A stretch of DNA of 63,390 bases, filler included, from Cercozoa sp. M6MM (taxonomy: Eukaryota; Protista; Endomyxa: Ascetosporea), in NCBI GenBank assembly GCA_040357565.1. It is 8 parts of 8 records of this genome, joined end to end, with 100 filler letters (N's around TTAATTAATTAA, not from the genome) between each part and the next. Parts side by side here need not be neighbours in the genome. Positions count along the whole stretch, not along the records: positions 33,592 to 50,047 come from JBDODJ010000284.1; 7 more parts are not named here. One strand, given 5' to 3'. This document shows, piece by piece, positions 35,416-49,301 of this stretch (within the stretch, counting starts at the first letter, position 1; every line of letters starts with the position of its first letter). A program made the position numbers and the translations under genes. The notes beneath the pieces are model-generated. The model made no database searches, had not been told where the DNA came from, and was given only the letters and a program-made list of their open reading frames with translations.

Positions 35416-38400
35416 ATGCCAGGTTCAGGAACCAGCGGCGAGGACCGCGAGGTTCGCGTGCTCGAGGAAGTGTTTCTGCCCTTTTTTAAGCAGCAGCCGC
35501 AAGTGCGCTGTCTGTTGAGCGACACCTGTGAAGCATTGTCCCACTTGTCAAAGGAATTGTCGTTTTCGCTTCGTTTCAAGGAGAGCACCGTACCTTGGGA
35601 TGACCTGGCAGCGCTCAACAAGATTCTCGCGGGTTGGAACGTAGAAATCTCGGATTTTGCCAACAACGAAGCTGCTCTCACCGGCATCGACAGCGTCAAT
35701 AAACTCGCGTTTTGGAAATCGAAACTTGGACGCTATCGTGCTGTATATGACGAACTCAACCGCGAGCCAGTGAAACGCGTCATTCAACTCTGCGACGAAG
35801 CACGAACCCCGGCAGTCAGCGATTTCGAGGTCATCGTGCGCGACAATCTGGCTGAAAAAACACGCGAGATCAGTGAAAACATCAAGTTTCTTCAAATCAT
35901 TGACCGCCACATGGCTCTCATCCGAGAGTCGGAACTCTCTGATTTGTGTGAAAGCCTTCCTTCACTGGTAGCACTGTTTTTGCTCCGGAAGGGGGGGGGG
36001 CGTAATTTTATAGATTGAGTATTTGCACGAAGGTGAAGATTTGTCGGTTCATAAGCAACTTCAGATCCGCTGGCGCCTCGGGCCTCACCAATATCTTTGA
36101 ATCCGTTGAACGTGAAATTCGCAAAGCGGTACTCAAGAAAACGGAGTTGAAGACCTTGTTCACTGCTCCGCGAGCTCAAAGTCTCTTCGTGCTTGGAAGT
36201 GCTGTCAAGCTGATTGACACGTGGAACCAGTGCATCGTTGAGTCCCGACGCAGCGCTGATAACGAAGAGTCGCGATGGGGCATTGTGTCTGGAAAGTCTG
36301 AGCTCAACTTCATTCGAAAGATCCTCCTCAGTTTGCGAGAAGTGCTTCAAACGTTGGCCGAACTTGAGCGACTCGTGGGTTCGCTAAAGAAGACAGGATT
36401 GTTTTCCGACAGCATTCAGCGACAGGTTCAAAATCTCGCGTCCAACTTCGCGAAGATGCCATTCTCGTGCTACAATCGTCGATACTACAGCTCATTTGAG
36501 CAGATGATGAAAACGTTCAGGAAGTCCGCAAAAGACACGGAAGAAACCATTTCCAAGGCAGTAGCGATGCAGTTCCGTTATGTGCGAGACCCGCTGGTGT
36601 CATTTTTCTTGCTTCTGAAGTACGTGGGGAAATGGGAATCAGACGCCTTCTCAAACCAGTGGCTCGATGTATACGGTGGAATGTACTCTGCGCTGCTCGT
36701 GGCGTTTCATGAAGTTGCTGGGAACAAGGGACTTCTGATGACTTCTTCCAGGCAGCGTTTGTCATTGTTCCAAGCCATGCAGCACGCGTATGCCCGGTGT
36801 AAGTCGCAAATCCTTGCGATGAAAACTGCATCCGAATCCACGGACGCGACAGCTTTCGCTGTTGTTTTGGATACCTACGTGGCTTACGCAGCTGCACACT
36901 ACCGAAAGCGACAACATTTTGGATCACTGTGGCAGGCGTTAACCTCCGCACAGGTCCACCGCTTTCTCAAGTCTCCTTTGCTTGTGCAAGACAGCGACAG
37001 CAGCATGGCACTCATCAGCTATGGCCTAGAAGAGTTGAACAACAGTCATGCGTGTCGAGCGATGCTATCAAGTGGAGTGACACTCAGCGAAGACACCAAA
37101 ATGAGTCTGCTAGAGCACGAGAAAATCATGTCTCGGGCTGCCGACCTTTTTGCGTTGGTGAAGACGTACAACCAACTGCGGCGAGACTTGACTCCCACGG
37201 AAGCTCGAATTCTCGAGGAACCTCTTGTCAAACTCAGCGACAGTATCTTTCGCAAGTCGGAAAGGTCGCTGAACTGGACCTCACTGGGGTTGGAAGACTT
37301 CTTTCTCAAGAGCGATCGTTTATTGCGACAGGCGCGACAGTTGCGCACAGCCGTTCGTAGAAACCTATCGTCGCTGGACCGCAGCCTTAACTCTATTTCA
37401 AGAGTTGAAATTGACTTCTTTGGAGCTGCAGGTATGTTGTCGGCACGCCCATCCAGCAAGGATTTGTTCGCAGCCCTCAACTCTGCGCTGACGAGCGCAT
37501 TCGATGAAGTCGAACACAAGCTTCAAAAACTGCCCGAAACCTTGAAAAAAGTCGAAGAGGCCGTGCTTTTGACTAGCAGTGGATCAGCAAAAAAGCTCGG
37601 TTTCTTGTACGAGACAGTCGAAGTCCGTGTATTCGCATCCGTTCTCCAGTTCATCCGTTTCAACCTCTACCGATTTGCTGACTTCTTGGCCGACTCGATC
37701 GCCTACTCCTCTCACCCGCTCTTGGTGATAAAGATGATGGTTTTTGGAGAAGAGGAAGTCGTTGAGTCAATCAGTCGCGCGGAGCTCCGCGCCAAGTTCG
37801 CCACCTACCTGCATTCATTTGTCCAAGAGACATCTCGCTTGCAGCGCTGGGTGCGAGACACATGCTTGCCACTTGACTGCAAGCTCCAAGACGCGCCGAA
37901 CTATACGTATCTCTCCGACGTCAACCAAGTTGAAGAAATCGCTATCATTCAGCGCGAAGTGTTGTCCTCGGTGGACTACACACTGTCTCAATGTTACAGT
38001 GCGTCAGACAAGTGGCGGAGCAGAATTTCCGACTTCTCTCTTGATGCGCAGTCGCTCACGGCGGAGTTTTCGCAGCAAAGCATCGCAGAAGTGCATCAGC
38101 TTGCCCGCAAGATCCAAGATCGCGTCAAGTTCTTGTCTGACTACGAGCAGACTTTGAAGTCGCAAGACGACACACAGCAATGCAGCTTTGTGCTTCTTGA
38201 CTTCTACAGTGTAAAGTCCACGATAATATCGACCGTTGTGAGTTTGAAAGATGCGATGCAACGCCGTTTTGAGGCCGCGCTCAACGAGCTTGTTGAAGAC
38301 AAGATCGACACACTGTTGGAGCAGTACAAAGCACTGAGAGGGACTTTCACTACCGAGGAGGAGTTTCGAGGTTATTACCGCATTCTTCGCACTGTATTGT

Positions 38401-41400
38401 CCGACGAAAGCTATCTCGACATTTATCGGCTGCGACAGGCAGCAAAAAGTATCAGTTTGTCAAGGGAGCACAAGGAGAACCTCGATGAGTTGCATCGCAT
38501 AGATTTGGAAAGCAAGTCACTGGCGCAGCAGCTAGTGTACCGCCAAGCCCTTCGTTTCCCTCGTGTCGTCGAAACTGGACGAACGTGTTGCTTTGCTTGC
38601 TACAGCCGTCGACGATCTGCAGGATGACTTTTTGAAGAACGGTCCGCTTGCTCACTCATGCTCAAGCATCGAGGATGCTCAAGCAATGTTCCTGCAATTT
38701 TCCGAGCGGCTTCGAACGGTTTCGGAGGCAGTTTCACACACTGAGAATGATATTCGCCTTTTCCGCCTGCCATCGTGTCTGTCGTGCGAGCATTTGCTCA
38801 GCGTGAAGACGCAGCTCAACCATGCGGAGCAATTGCTACGATTAAACCGTTCGTTTTCGGAGGTGCTTGCACATCATGGAGGCGACAAGTGGGTGTCATT
38901 AGACTGCCCCGTCGTCAGCGCTGCTTTGTCAAAGATACGTCGAGACATGGACACATTCTTCGCCGAATTGGGTCCCAAAGAACTCGCCGCTGATTCAGCT
39001 CTCGCTGGCTGTATCACAGTCGAAATTGAAACGGTTGAGAAAATCACCGATATGCTTGCGAAGTTACAGGAGGCGAACCTATCGGCAAGGCATTACTGTG
39101 CGATTCAAGATCTGTGCCCTCCTCTGTTAGACGAAGGGCCCTTTGACACATTGTCTGTTTTCGTCGTGTATCGTGCGATCAAAGGCATGTATGTGCAAAA
39201 CCCGCAGTTCACACTCTTCGAGGACGTCAACACAGTTATTGGTATAGTGATTGTATCATGTTTCGTGGACACGATGCACGGGTTTATTTGACTTGCAGCA
39301 AAAGCACAGCGAGAGCAAAAACTCCAAGACGCACTGGACCAAATGGATAAGAAGTGGTCGGCGGTTGGTGCGCCCCTCGCGCGGTGGAATAACGTTGACA
39401 TTTTGAATCTGGAAGAAGTGGACGATCTTCTGATGGAGCTCGAAGACGCGACCCTACAGATAAGCGCCATTGCAAACTCGGAGGAATCAGCCGCTTTTCA
39501 TGAAACAGTGACGTCATGGGAGTTTCGCCTGGGGGAAGCAACCACGTTGTTGAGCAAGTCTTGGCCCAGTGTTCAAACGAAGTGGCAATATCTGAATGGC
39601 ATCTTCTCATCGGAAGAAATTCAAAACCAGCTCGTGTCTACAACGGAACGGTTTCAAACTGTCTGCGATTTGAAGTTTAAAGACATGATGAAGCAAGCCG
39701 TCTCTGACGCCAACATTCTTCGTCTGGCATGTTCAACTTTCAACACCGACTTTCGGCAAATTCATGCGGACTTGGAAACATGTGAAAAAGAGCTGTCTAC
39801 CTTCTTGGAGTCGCGCAGAGCGGCATTCCCACGCTTTTACATCAGCGTTCCAGACTCTGATTTGGTCGCTATTCTTGGTGCGTGCAGAAGCGGTGACATT
39901 GAAGAACTGCAGCCCTTCATCAGTCGTTGCTTTGCAAACTGCAGATGTGTGCGCGTCGATGAACAGAAGCGCGTCTTGGGCATGGAAAGCGTAGAAGGAG
40001 AGCTCCTTGAGTTCTTCAAGCCGATCGCGTGGTCGCGAGACACGTCGGAGCGGCTTTTCAACTTGATTGAAGCTGAAATGCGCCGTGCCGTTCGTTTTCG
40101 CGTGAAAGAGGCGATCTACACACACGGAACAACCGCGGACTACTTCGAATGGCTCGATGAATCGTTGTTGATGACAGCCATTCTAAGTTGTCAAGTCTGG
40201 TGGACCGTGCGCACGACAGAAGCTTTCCGGCGTGTTCAGGCAGGAAGCAAATACGCGCTAAGTCGCTTTGCGAAGTTTATGAACAATCGTGTGAACTCTT
40301 TGATCGAGAAAGTGCGTGACCCTGGCACCAGTCGCAGCATGCGGACGAAGCTAAACACAATGACCATCATAGAGGTGCATCAACGCGATATCGTGGAGCA
40401 ATTTGTGCGGGAGTCTATCTTCGACCCGACGAACTTCGCGTGGGAGTCGCAGTTACGCTTTTACTTCGACAGACACAATGATCAGGTGCAGATCCGACAG
40501 GCATCGGCAAACTTGGGTTTCGGATACGAGTACCACGGTCAAAGCGGACGTCTTGTCATTACTCCGCTGACTGACCGCTGTGTGCTCACCATGACGCAAG
40601 CTATGAGTTTTTTCATGGGTTCTGCGCCCGCTGGTACCGTGAATCGGTCACATATGTTCAGTTTGTACTTTCAAATACGTACTTTACAAACAGGGCCAGC
40701 CGGTACGGGCAAGACAGAAACTGTGAAGGACCTTTCGCGCACGCTCGGTCGCCTCTGTTCGGTGACTAACTGCGGAGAAGGTCTGGATCAGCAGGCGATG
40801 GGTGCGATATTCACCGGTCTTGTTCAAGTTGGTGCCTTTGGTTGCTTTGACGAAATCAACCGACTTGACGTCTCAGTGCTGAGTGTGGTGGCATCGCAAC
40901 TGCGCTCAATCTTTCGCGCTCTGAAGGAAAAGAGAGAGCAATTTGAGTTCATTGGAAAGCAAATCAAGCCAAACCCTCTGTTTGGCATTGCGGTGACAAT
41001 GAATCCTGGCTACGCAGGCCGCACGGAGTTGCCTGAGAACCTCAAAGCTCTGTTCCGCCCAATTACGATGGTGGTGCCTGACAGAGCTATAATCTGCGAA
41101 ATCATTCTGATGAGTCAAGGGTTTGCATCGGTATGTCAATTGACCACTAACCGATACCCTTGAGTTGGCACTCGACAGGATGACAATAATAAAATGTCAA
41201 TAGGCTCGAGACTTGGCGAATCGCTTGGTTTCGCTGTATAATTTGTCGGATCAGACCTTGGCAAAGCGCATCTTTTATGATTGGGGCCTGCGTTCCCTGA
41301 AGAGTGTCCTGCAAGAAGCTGGTGAGATTCGTCGCGCGACTGCTGTTAGCGACGTAGATGGAGAGACACGTGCTCTTTTGGTAGCCTTGCAGCGTCAGAT

Positions 41401-44400
41401 CTTTCCCAAGTTTCCGCCAATTGACCGCAAGGTCTTCACTGGACTTGTGAATGATCTGTTTGCGGTCAAAGGCCATACAAAGCGGATCGAATCAAAACAA
41501 CCGACACTGCAAGGAGTGCTCGAGGCTGATTTCAAACATCGTGTGGATTCCCGGACCAGTCAGCTGCAGTTGTCTCGAATCATGGCTTTGAGGGATGTGA
41601 TGACTGCGCGACACTCCACCGTCATACTCGGCCCAACGAAGAGCGCAAAATCTGTGGTGATTCAGAAATTGGCCTCTGCGATGAAAGCGGCTTTTGACAC
41701 CCACGTAAGCATAACGGCATTGAATCCGAAGTCAATCTCTCTACCGGAGCTGTACGGTGTCCTGAATTCAACGACGAGAGAGTGGAAGTACGGTCTGTTG
41801 TCGCATTCGTTCAAGAAAATGAATCAACTCCTGCGCCCGGGTGAACTGGTCGAACGATGGCTGCTCTTCGACTGTGACGTGGATGCCTTGTGGATCGAGA
41901 ACCTCAACAGTGTGATGGATGACTCAAAACTGCTGACTCTTCCCAACGGTGAGCGTCTTCCGCTGGAAGCGCATTGCAAACTGTTGTTCGAAGTGGAGAA
42001 TTTAGACTATGCCTCCCCTGCGTAACTTGGCCCTGCGTTTGTTTTCATTTGCAAGGTGTACAACGGGGGAATTTGACATGCAGGACCGTGTCGCGGTGTG
42101 GCATTATTTACTGCTCGGCGGACGACATTTCGTTGAGCGATTGGCTTGATGAGTGGCTGAAGAAGGAAGGCACTAATTGGAGTGAAAGTGTGACACGCAC
42201 ATTTGTCAGAGTCGGTCAGCTGCTCGCAGAGTATCTCACCAAATACTCGACGCCACTGGGAGACTTCGCGTTGGCAGCCGAACATCTGAATATGTCTGTT
42301 CGCACTGTCACATTGCTCGACCAATTCTGCTCGATGTTCGAACGCTTTGTGGCCCAACTCGACCCTGATTCGAGAATAGAGAGCGCTGTCATTGAAAGTC
42401 TCTGTTTGAATGCGACAATACTGTCGGTTGGGCAGAGCTTGAGCAATTCGCAGCTGCTCGACTTATTGGTACGCATTGCAAGCGAGAGAGCGCAAGCGTT
42501 GCTACCAGACGATGACGAGTTCTCGCCCCATGATTACTACTTCTCTGTCGATTCTCACAGATGGCAAAAGTGGTCCGACCGTGTGACTGACGATGTAGTC
42601 GTCCACCTGACACCAACTGAGTATATTGTGAAGACTCCCGAGTTCCTGAAGGCCGAACACTTCATGTCGCTCTCACTCGAAAGCGGGAAGTCTGCTCTCC
42701 TTATTGGTGAAAGAGGGACGTCGAAGACCTCCTATCTCAGCCACTGCAGAAACTCACTTCTACACGACCGGACGGTGTCAAAGGCAAAATTAATGGTCGA
42801 CGAGGATTCCCTGCTTCTACAAAGGGCCATCGAAGCGTGCCTTGAGAAGAGGGGGGTACGATATGTTCCGAAGCGAGGCGAAGGAGTTGTGCTCGTCGTA
42901 GACGACGTTAACCAGCCGTACGTCGATACGTACGGCACTCGACGTGCTATCGCATTCCTGTCCTTTGTGTGCAAGTACGGCATCATGTATGAGAGGGGTG
43001 ACGACTTCGATCCCATTGCTGTTCCAAACTTCAAATTGGTTGCGGCCATGGACCCAAGCAGTCGGGAACCTGTGGACTCACGCTTTGTGTCTAACTTTTT
43101 CGTGCACAACTTGGCCGTTCCCGACGACGGTTCGCTGTCGCATATTCTTTCAACCATCATCAGCAAGGAGGCGAACCAGATGCAAACAGATGGAAAAAGC
43201 GTGTCGAAGGAGCTTCTCGCTGTTGCTCATTCTTTGGTCGATGCTTGTGTGCTAATATTCAAGAAGCTTCGTCCTGCGTTGCGTCCGACAATCTCCGATA
43301 CCACTCGCTTCATCACGATATCGGATATAATCCAAGTCCAGAAGTCAATCTGGAAAATGCTGGTTTCAATGCGGGATTTTGACTCGCAACAATCGTACGT
43401 ACGCCTGTGGCACCACGAACTTCGACGTGTGATATCGGCTAAGCTGTCCGAAAATGATGTCTTTGCCTTTAACTCGGCAGCCGAACGCAGTGCTGCCAAA
43501 TGGGATAAGTTCCTGAGGACAGAGGAGGGCGTTGTTAACGCATCCGCATGGTTCGGAAACTACCAGAAAGAAGACAGCATATCTGAGTGCACACGGGCGG
43601 ACTGTTTGAAGGCAATGAATGGTGTTCTCGCTGAACTGCCGGGAGGAAGTGATATTACGCTCTTTGAAGATGCTCTCGCACACGTGCACTGGATTGTGTC
43701 AACCTTGAGGCCCCAGGGTGGAAACGCCATGCTGCTTGGATTTGGTGGCTCCGCTCGTCATACATGCGCAAAATTGCATGCAAGTTCCTCAAATACCGGT
43801 TGTACGAAGTGGAGAAAAAGAAAAAGTACGCGCTTGCTGACTTCATTGAAGATCTTCGGAACGTGTGGAAGATCGCGTACGAAAGAACCACCGTCTTCCT
43901 GCTCGCAGACAGCGTGCTTGAAAATGACTTTATTGGTGTTTTGGACAAGCACTTCCTCGCAGAAGGTGACCCTTAGAAGATTTCAATTTACGCTTCGCCA
44001 CTGAATCTTTGCAATCGTACTTTTGAGTAGGCTGCATGCCTGACGACTTGTACGATGAAGAGGAGAAGCAATCGATTGTTGACTTTGTGAGAATTAGCGA
44101 GGGTGGCACGAACCTTCGGTTCGACGCTGCCTGGGCTCGGTTTGTGAAACGAATCAATCAAAACTTGCGTGTTTTGTTCGTTATGTCGCCCTCCGGTGAC
44201 ATTCTTCGCCAACGCTGTCGTGACTACCCCGAGCTGCTTCGAAAATGCTCTGTCCGTCGATTTGTTGATTGGCCCGATGAAGCACTGTCGACGATTGCTT
44301 TCAACTTGTTCTCTCACGACTTTGAAGAAGATGAGGCGCGGTTGTTCGCTCGATTTGCGTTGCATGTGTTTTCGAAGGCATCAGAGCTGTCGCGACAGAG

Positions 44401-47400
44401 TTCACACATGCGGTTTCAGTTCACGGCCAAGAATCACTTGCGATTCGTCCATGCTTTCAAGTCGGTGTTGCAACAAAAGTCAGAAAGCAACGCACAACGC
44501 ACTTCGCGATACTGCGCTGGCGTTGAGAAGATCCAACAGTCCGCCAACGAAGTGCATAGCCTCAAAGAAAAACTCTCCCAGTCAAAGATTGCCGTGACAC
44601 AGAAATCTGAAGAATGTGAAACTGTCATCTCAGAGCTTTCAGTTCGACGCCAGCAGGTGGAGACCATGCAAACGACAGCGAACGAAAAGCAAGAAGAGTT
44701 GAAGAAGGAGGCTGTTGTTATTCAACGCTGCAAACAAGAGGCAGAAGACTCGCTCTCGGCTGCTTTGCCGGCACTGGAAGCAGCCGCGGAAGCACTTCGG
44801 GCTCTGCAAAAAGAAGATATCACGGAAATCCGCGCGCTTGCGAACCCACCGCTTCCTGTGAAACTTGTCCTACAGGTATGCTCCTTCTATGTGAAGCGAG
44901 TTCGTTTGTACAGGAACCTGAGCGTTTGAATTGTTTTTTACAGTGCGTACTTGAGCTGAAACCGTCGGGAACGGAAGATCCCTCTGGTGGCTGGGCAGCT
45001 GCCAGAGCCATGATGGCCGACGCACAGTTTATCGGAAAGTTAAGAAACTACGCGAAGGATGAAATGACAGATCGAATGTATAAAAACGTGCAACGAATCC
45101 TGAAGCGCAAGACCACGAACCCGAAAGAGGAGCTGACGCTGGAGAACCTCAGCTTTGTGTCAAAAGCTGGTGCAGGAATGCTAGCGTGGGTGAAGTCGAT
45201 CGTACTGTACTTTGAAGTGGCAAAAGATGTTGCTCCGCGCCGCGCAAAGGTGCAAGAAATGGAAACTGCAATGCATCAATCGCAAAAAAGCCTCCGTTTG
45301 ATCCGAAAAGAAATCGAGTCTCTCGACGCAGAAGTTCGTACTCTCGAATCTACTTTGAATTCGAAGAACGCGGAATTGCTGGAGCTCCAAGAGGAAGCAG
45401 CACGCACAGAAAAGCTACTAAACACGGCACAAAAGTTGATTGCCGGTTTTGAGTCGGAAAACACGCGGTGGTCGGCAGAGATCGCCACACTTGGCAAACT
45501 TACTACAACGACGAAGGGCGACGCGTTGTTGAGCGCCGCCTTCCTCTCCTACTTTGGCCCGTTTGGAAAAGAACACCGAGAACAACTGCTTGACCAGTGC
45601 AAGGCTTTCTTAACAGAGTGCGACCTTCAGTTCTCCTTCGACAAGGCAGAGGATTTTCTTGCAACTGAACTCGAAAAATCGAACTGGAAGTCGAGTGACC
45701 TGCCTCAAGATTCTCTCTCCATTCAAAACGCAATCTTGTCGATGCAAGGAACGGTGTTTCCCTTGTTAGTAGATCCGTACGGGCAAGCACTGTCATGGCT
45801 CGTGAAAGCGTATGGAACGCAGAAACTGGCAGTTCGCAGTTTCGACGATTCTGATTTCCTGCGGGTGCTTGAGCTCTCCATCAGTTTCGGCAATCCAATG
45901 GTGATCAAGATGCCTCCGGGCGACCAAGAAGTCGATCCGTTGTTGAACAGCATTTTGGACAGAGAGTTTGTGATCTCCGAGTCAGGACAGAAGCAAATCA
46001 AGGTCGGCGACTCGTTGGTCGAGTACCACGCCGGGTTTCGTCTTTATCTCGTGACAAAAGAACATGCTCCAGTGTTCTCGCCCGAGATGACTGGAAAAGT
46101 GAACTTGATAAACTTTTGCGTCACGAAACCGGGTCTCGAGGAGCAGTTGCTGGGAACCACTCTGGGTTTTGAGAAACCCGAGTTGCAAGAGAAGCGCCAG
46201 GCACTCGTTCTCACCATGAGTCAAAACGCCACGGTACTCGCACAGCTGGAGTCAATTCTTCTGTCTGAATTGAATCGAGCCAAAGGCAACATTCTGGAGA
46301 ACCAAGTGCTTCTAGAAACCCTTGAAGAGACCAAAAAAAGGGCCACCTCAGTCAAGGAACAAAACGAAGCCAGCATCGCAACGGCGAATACTCTCGATGA
46401 GCTTGCCAACAAATATCGGTCGGTGGCGCGACGTGGTGCAGTGTTGTTCTTCACCCTCATTGACATGCCACGCCTCAACGAAATGTATCACTACTCTCTC
46501 GATTCGTTCCGTGACTTGTTTTTGCGCTCACTGGGCAACGCTGCTGCGTCCGACGATCTGTCGCAACGTCTCTCGAACATCATCTCAACATTGACCAAGG
46601 GGGTATTCAGCCAAGTGTGCACTGCCAGCTTCCCCGTCCACCGTCTTTTCTACTCGTTTTACCTTGCGTTGCAAGTCGCAGAGTCGTTGGCTATGTTCCC
46701 GGTGCCAAAGCTGCAAGCAGTTTACAGGCTCCCGGTTGTACGTCAGTGGAACGAGGCGGAGGAAGCTCTGCGTTCTTCCTTGATCTCAAGTGGTTTAGGC
46801 GAAGAAGTTGTAGACAGTCTTCTGGAGTTGCAGCAAAGCTGTGAAAACTTCAAGCGTGTGATCGATGATATGGCCAAGAACACAGCAACTTGGAAGTTGT
46901 GGATTTCGAGTTCGACTCCACTCCAAGAGTTGGACGGTATTCTCATGGCGAGTGGATTGCGATTCGATGCTGTCGACCGCCTTCTTTTAGTGAAGATCTT
47001 CCACCCGCAGTGTTTCCCTGCGACCGTGAATGCGTTCATTGAAACTGTTCTGCGAGACAAGCAGTTCATTCGCCCGCCCACGCTCGACTACGCCAAGGTT
47101 GTGAACGATTGCTTGCCAAAGGTTCCTGTCGTCTTTGTGCTCAGTTCTGGAGCCGACCCGCAAAGTGAGCTCGAGAAGATTGCTGTTGCACGCAATATCT
47201 CGACGGCTGGAAAATTCCATTCGGTATCACTCGGTCAAGGCATGACCGAGAAAGCGACGGAACTGCTAGAACAAGGTGCAGTGCGCGGCTATTGGGTCGT
47301 GCTGCAGAACTTGCACCTTGTTCCAAGATGGCTTGGAACCCTCGCAAAGAAAGTGTCCGAACTTAAGGAGAGCAGCGCCATCCACGACAGCTTCAAGTTG

Positions 47401-49301
47401 TTCCTCACCACCGAGCCAACCTCGCAGTTCCCGACCGACATTCTGTCAAACGCGGTCAAAGTCGTTGTGACTCCTCCTATCACAGTTCGGCAAAACATGA
47501 ATGAAGTGGTGGCTCGCCACGCTACTGATGACTTTATGGCGGTAAGGGTTTTTCACCGCACGTCCCATGAACAAGAGATACTCAATGGAATGGGGTCTAT
47601 CAGACATGCGAACACCCGAAGTTCCGATCCATCGTCTACACTCTTGCGTACTTTCATGGCATACTACAACGACGCCGTAGATTCGGCAAGCTTGGGTAAA
47701 TGGGAGCCATATGCGTTATTGCTTTGCTTTTAAGTGACGCTGTCGCATTCATAAACTCTAGGTTCTGTGTCGATTACGGATTCAACGATTCTGACTTCCG
47801 CACGTCTTTGGAAATATTCTCGCAACAGCTGCAAAATGAACACACTCGAGGATCCGATAATGTTCCGTGGCTCGCGCTGCGCCAGAGTCTCTGTACCATG
47901 TATGGAGGTCGAATTACCGATGGTAACCAATCCAGACCTACCTCTGATGAATGAAGGCAATAGAGACCTACTGTGCCTAGCATTCGACGAACGAATCCTC
48001 AAAGCATATGTCAAGGAGTACTTCACACCGGAGCTGTTGGATGAATCCAGCGACTTTGTGCTTGGCACCACTGGCGACTTTGTTTTCGCCGCACCAGAGA
48101 CGGGGCTTCCAATCTCCCAACGAATGCTGCTGGACATGATCTCACGGGTGCCGGATGATACCAAGCCGATGCTGCTTGGACTGGGCCCTAGCAGCGAAAA
48201 CTCACAGTTGATAAACGAAGCTCAAAAGGTGCAAGAAATGGCGCGTCGACTCACTACTGGCGTCACCATGTGGGACGAAACTGCAACGTCTGGTGTGGAA
48301 AGCACAGTTTCGGCACTCGCAGAAGCCATCCCTTCGACGCTAAGCCGTACGAAACTACATAAAGTGAATTCAAGCTGATGTGATTGTGCTTTTCAGGTGA
48401 ACGACTGTTGCCAAAATCTAGCGACACTGCAATTCCGCCTCTTCAGACCTTCTTGCTCAACGAAGTGCGACAGTGGAACAACTTGATTACAGAGATCAAG
48501 ATGACGTTGCAGAGTTTGAGCGAAGGTCTCGCTGGACTGCGTCCTTTGTCTGAACAGATGGAAAGAGCGATCCAAGCTATCATGAGCGGTCAAATTCCGT
48601 CCGAATTCTTGCGCTTTGCCCCTCAAACCAATCGCGATTTGAGTGGCTTCATTGAGCAACTGAGTCTCCGTCAAAAGCAATACAGCGAGTGGCTCGCGGA
48701 CGAGAAGTTGAGCACTCGATGCCGTCGTGGCATCGACGTGAGTCTATTGCACTCTCCGAGCGGACTCATTTCGGCGATTTTGCAGGCGCGAGCTCGTTTC
48801 TGCGGAGTGTCTCTCGACTCGCTCGGCATGTGGACACAAATTCCTGCACAGTTGCCGGCAGACAGCAGTGACACCGAATTCAGTGAGGATGAAATCGAAG
48901 CAGTTGTGCTGACTGGTATTCAGCTCGAGGGAGCGAGCTTTCGAAACAATCAACTTGAGCTTGACGTCACGGCGAGCACGAAACTCACTTCGGAACTCCC
49001 CATCATTGCGCTCGTGCCGATGTTACAGTCGCAATTGAAACGACGTCGACACGGCACGATTTCTATTCCAGGTAGCTCCTAGTCATAGACATACCTCCCT
49101 GCAAATTCAATTTGTCGCACTGTATCATCATCAAAAAAAAAACGACAAGCATTTATTGTGTGGACGTTGTGTTCAGTGTTCCGAACGCGTTCACGAAGAA
49201 ATGCCATGGGGGAAGGTCTGTGCTTTGAGATCGACCTGCCCACGAAGGTGCACTCTTCATCCATTCGTCTCTCTGGCGCTGCGCTGCTGCTGGAGGCGTG
49301 A
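35416..49301 (+). CDS. DNAH10: Axonemal inner-arm dynein heavy chain I1/f-alpha (DNAH10-like), about 13 introns, roughly 4,300 aa, with an apparent frameshift at about 43770
   Basis: AAA1 has RLVITPLTDR, AG|PAGTGKTETVKDL, VTNCGEG, CFDEINR and TMNPGYAGRTELP. Also WESQLRFY, WIENLNSVMDDSKLLTLPNGER, the stalk, GLEEQLL, SLGQG and the DNAH10-type C-terminus RRNAMGEGLCFEIDL. Confidence 0.93.
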
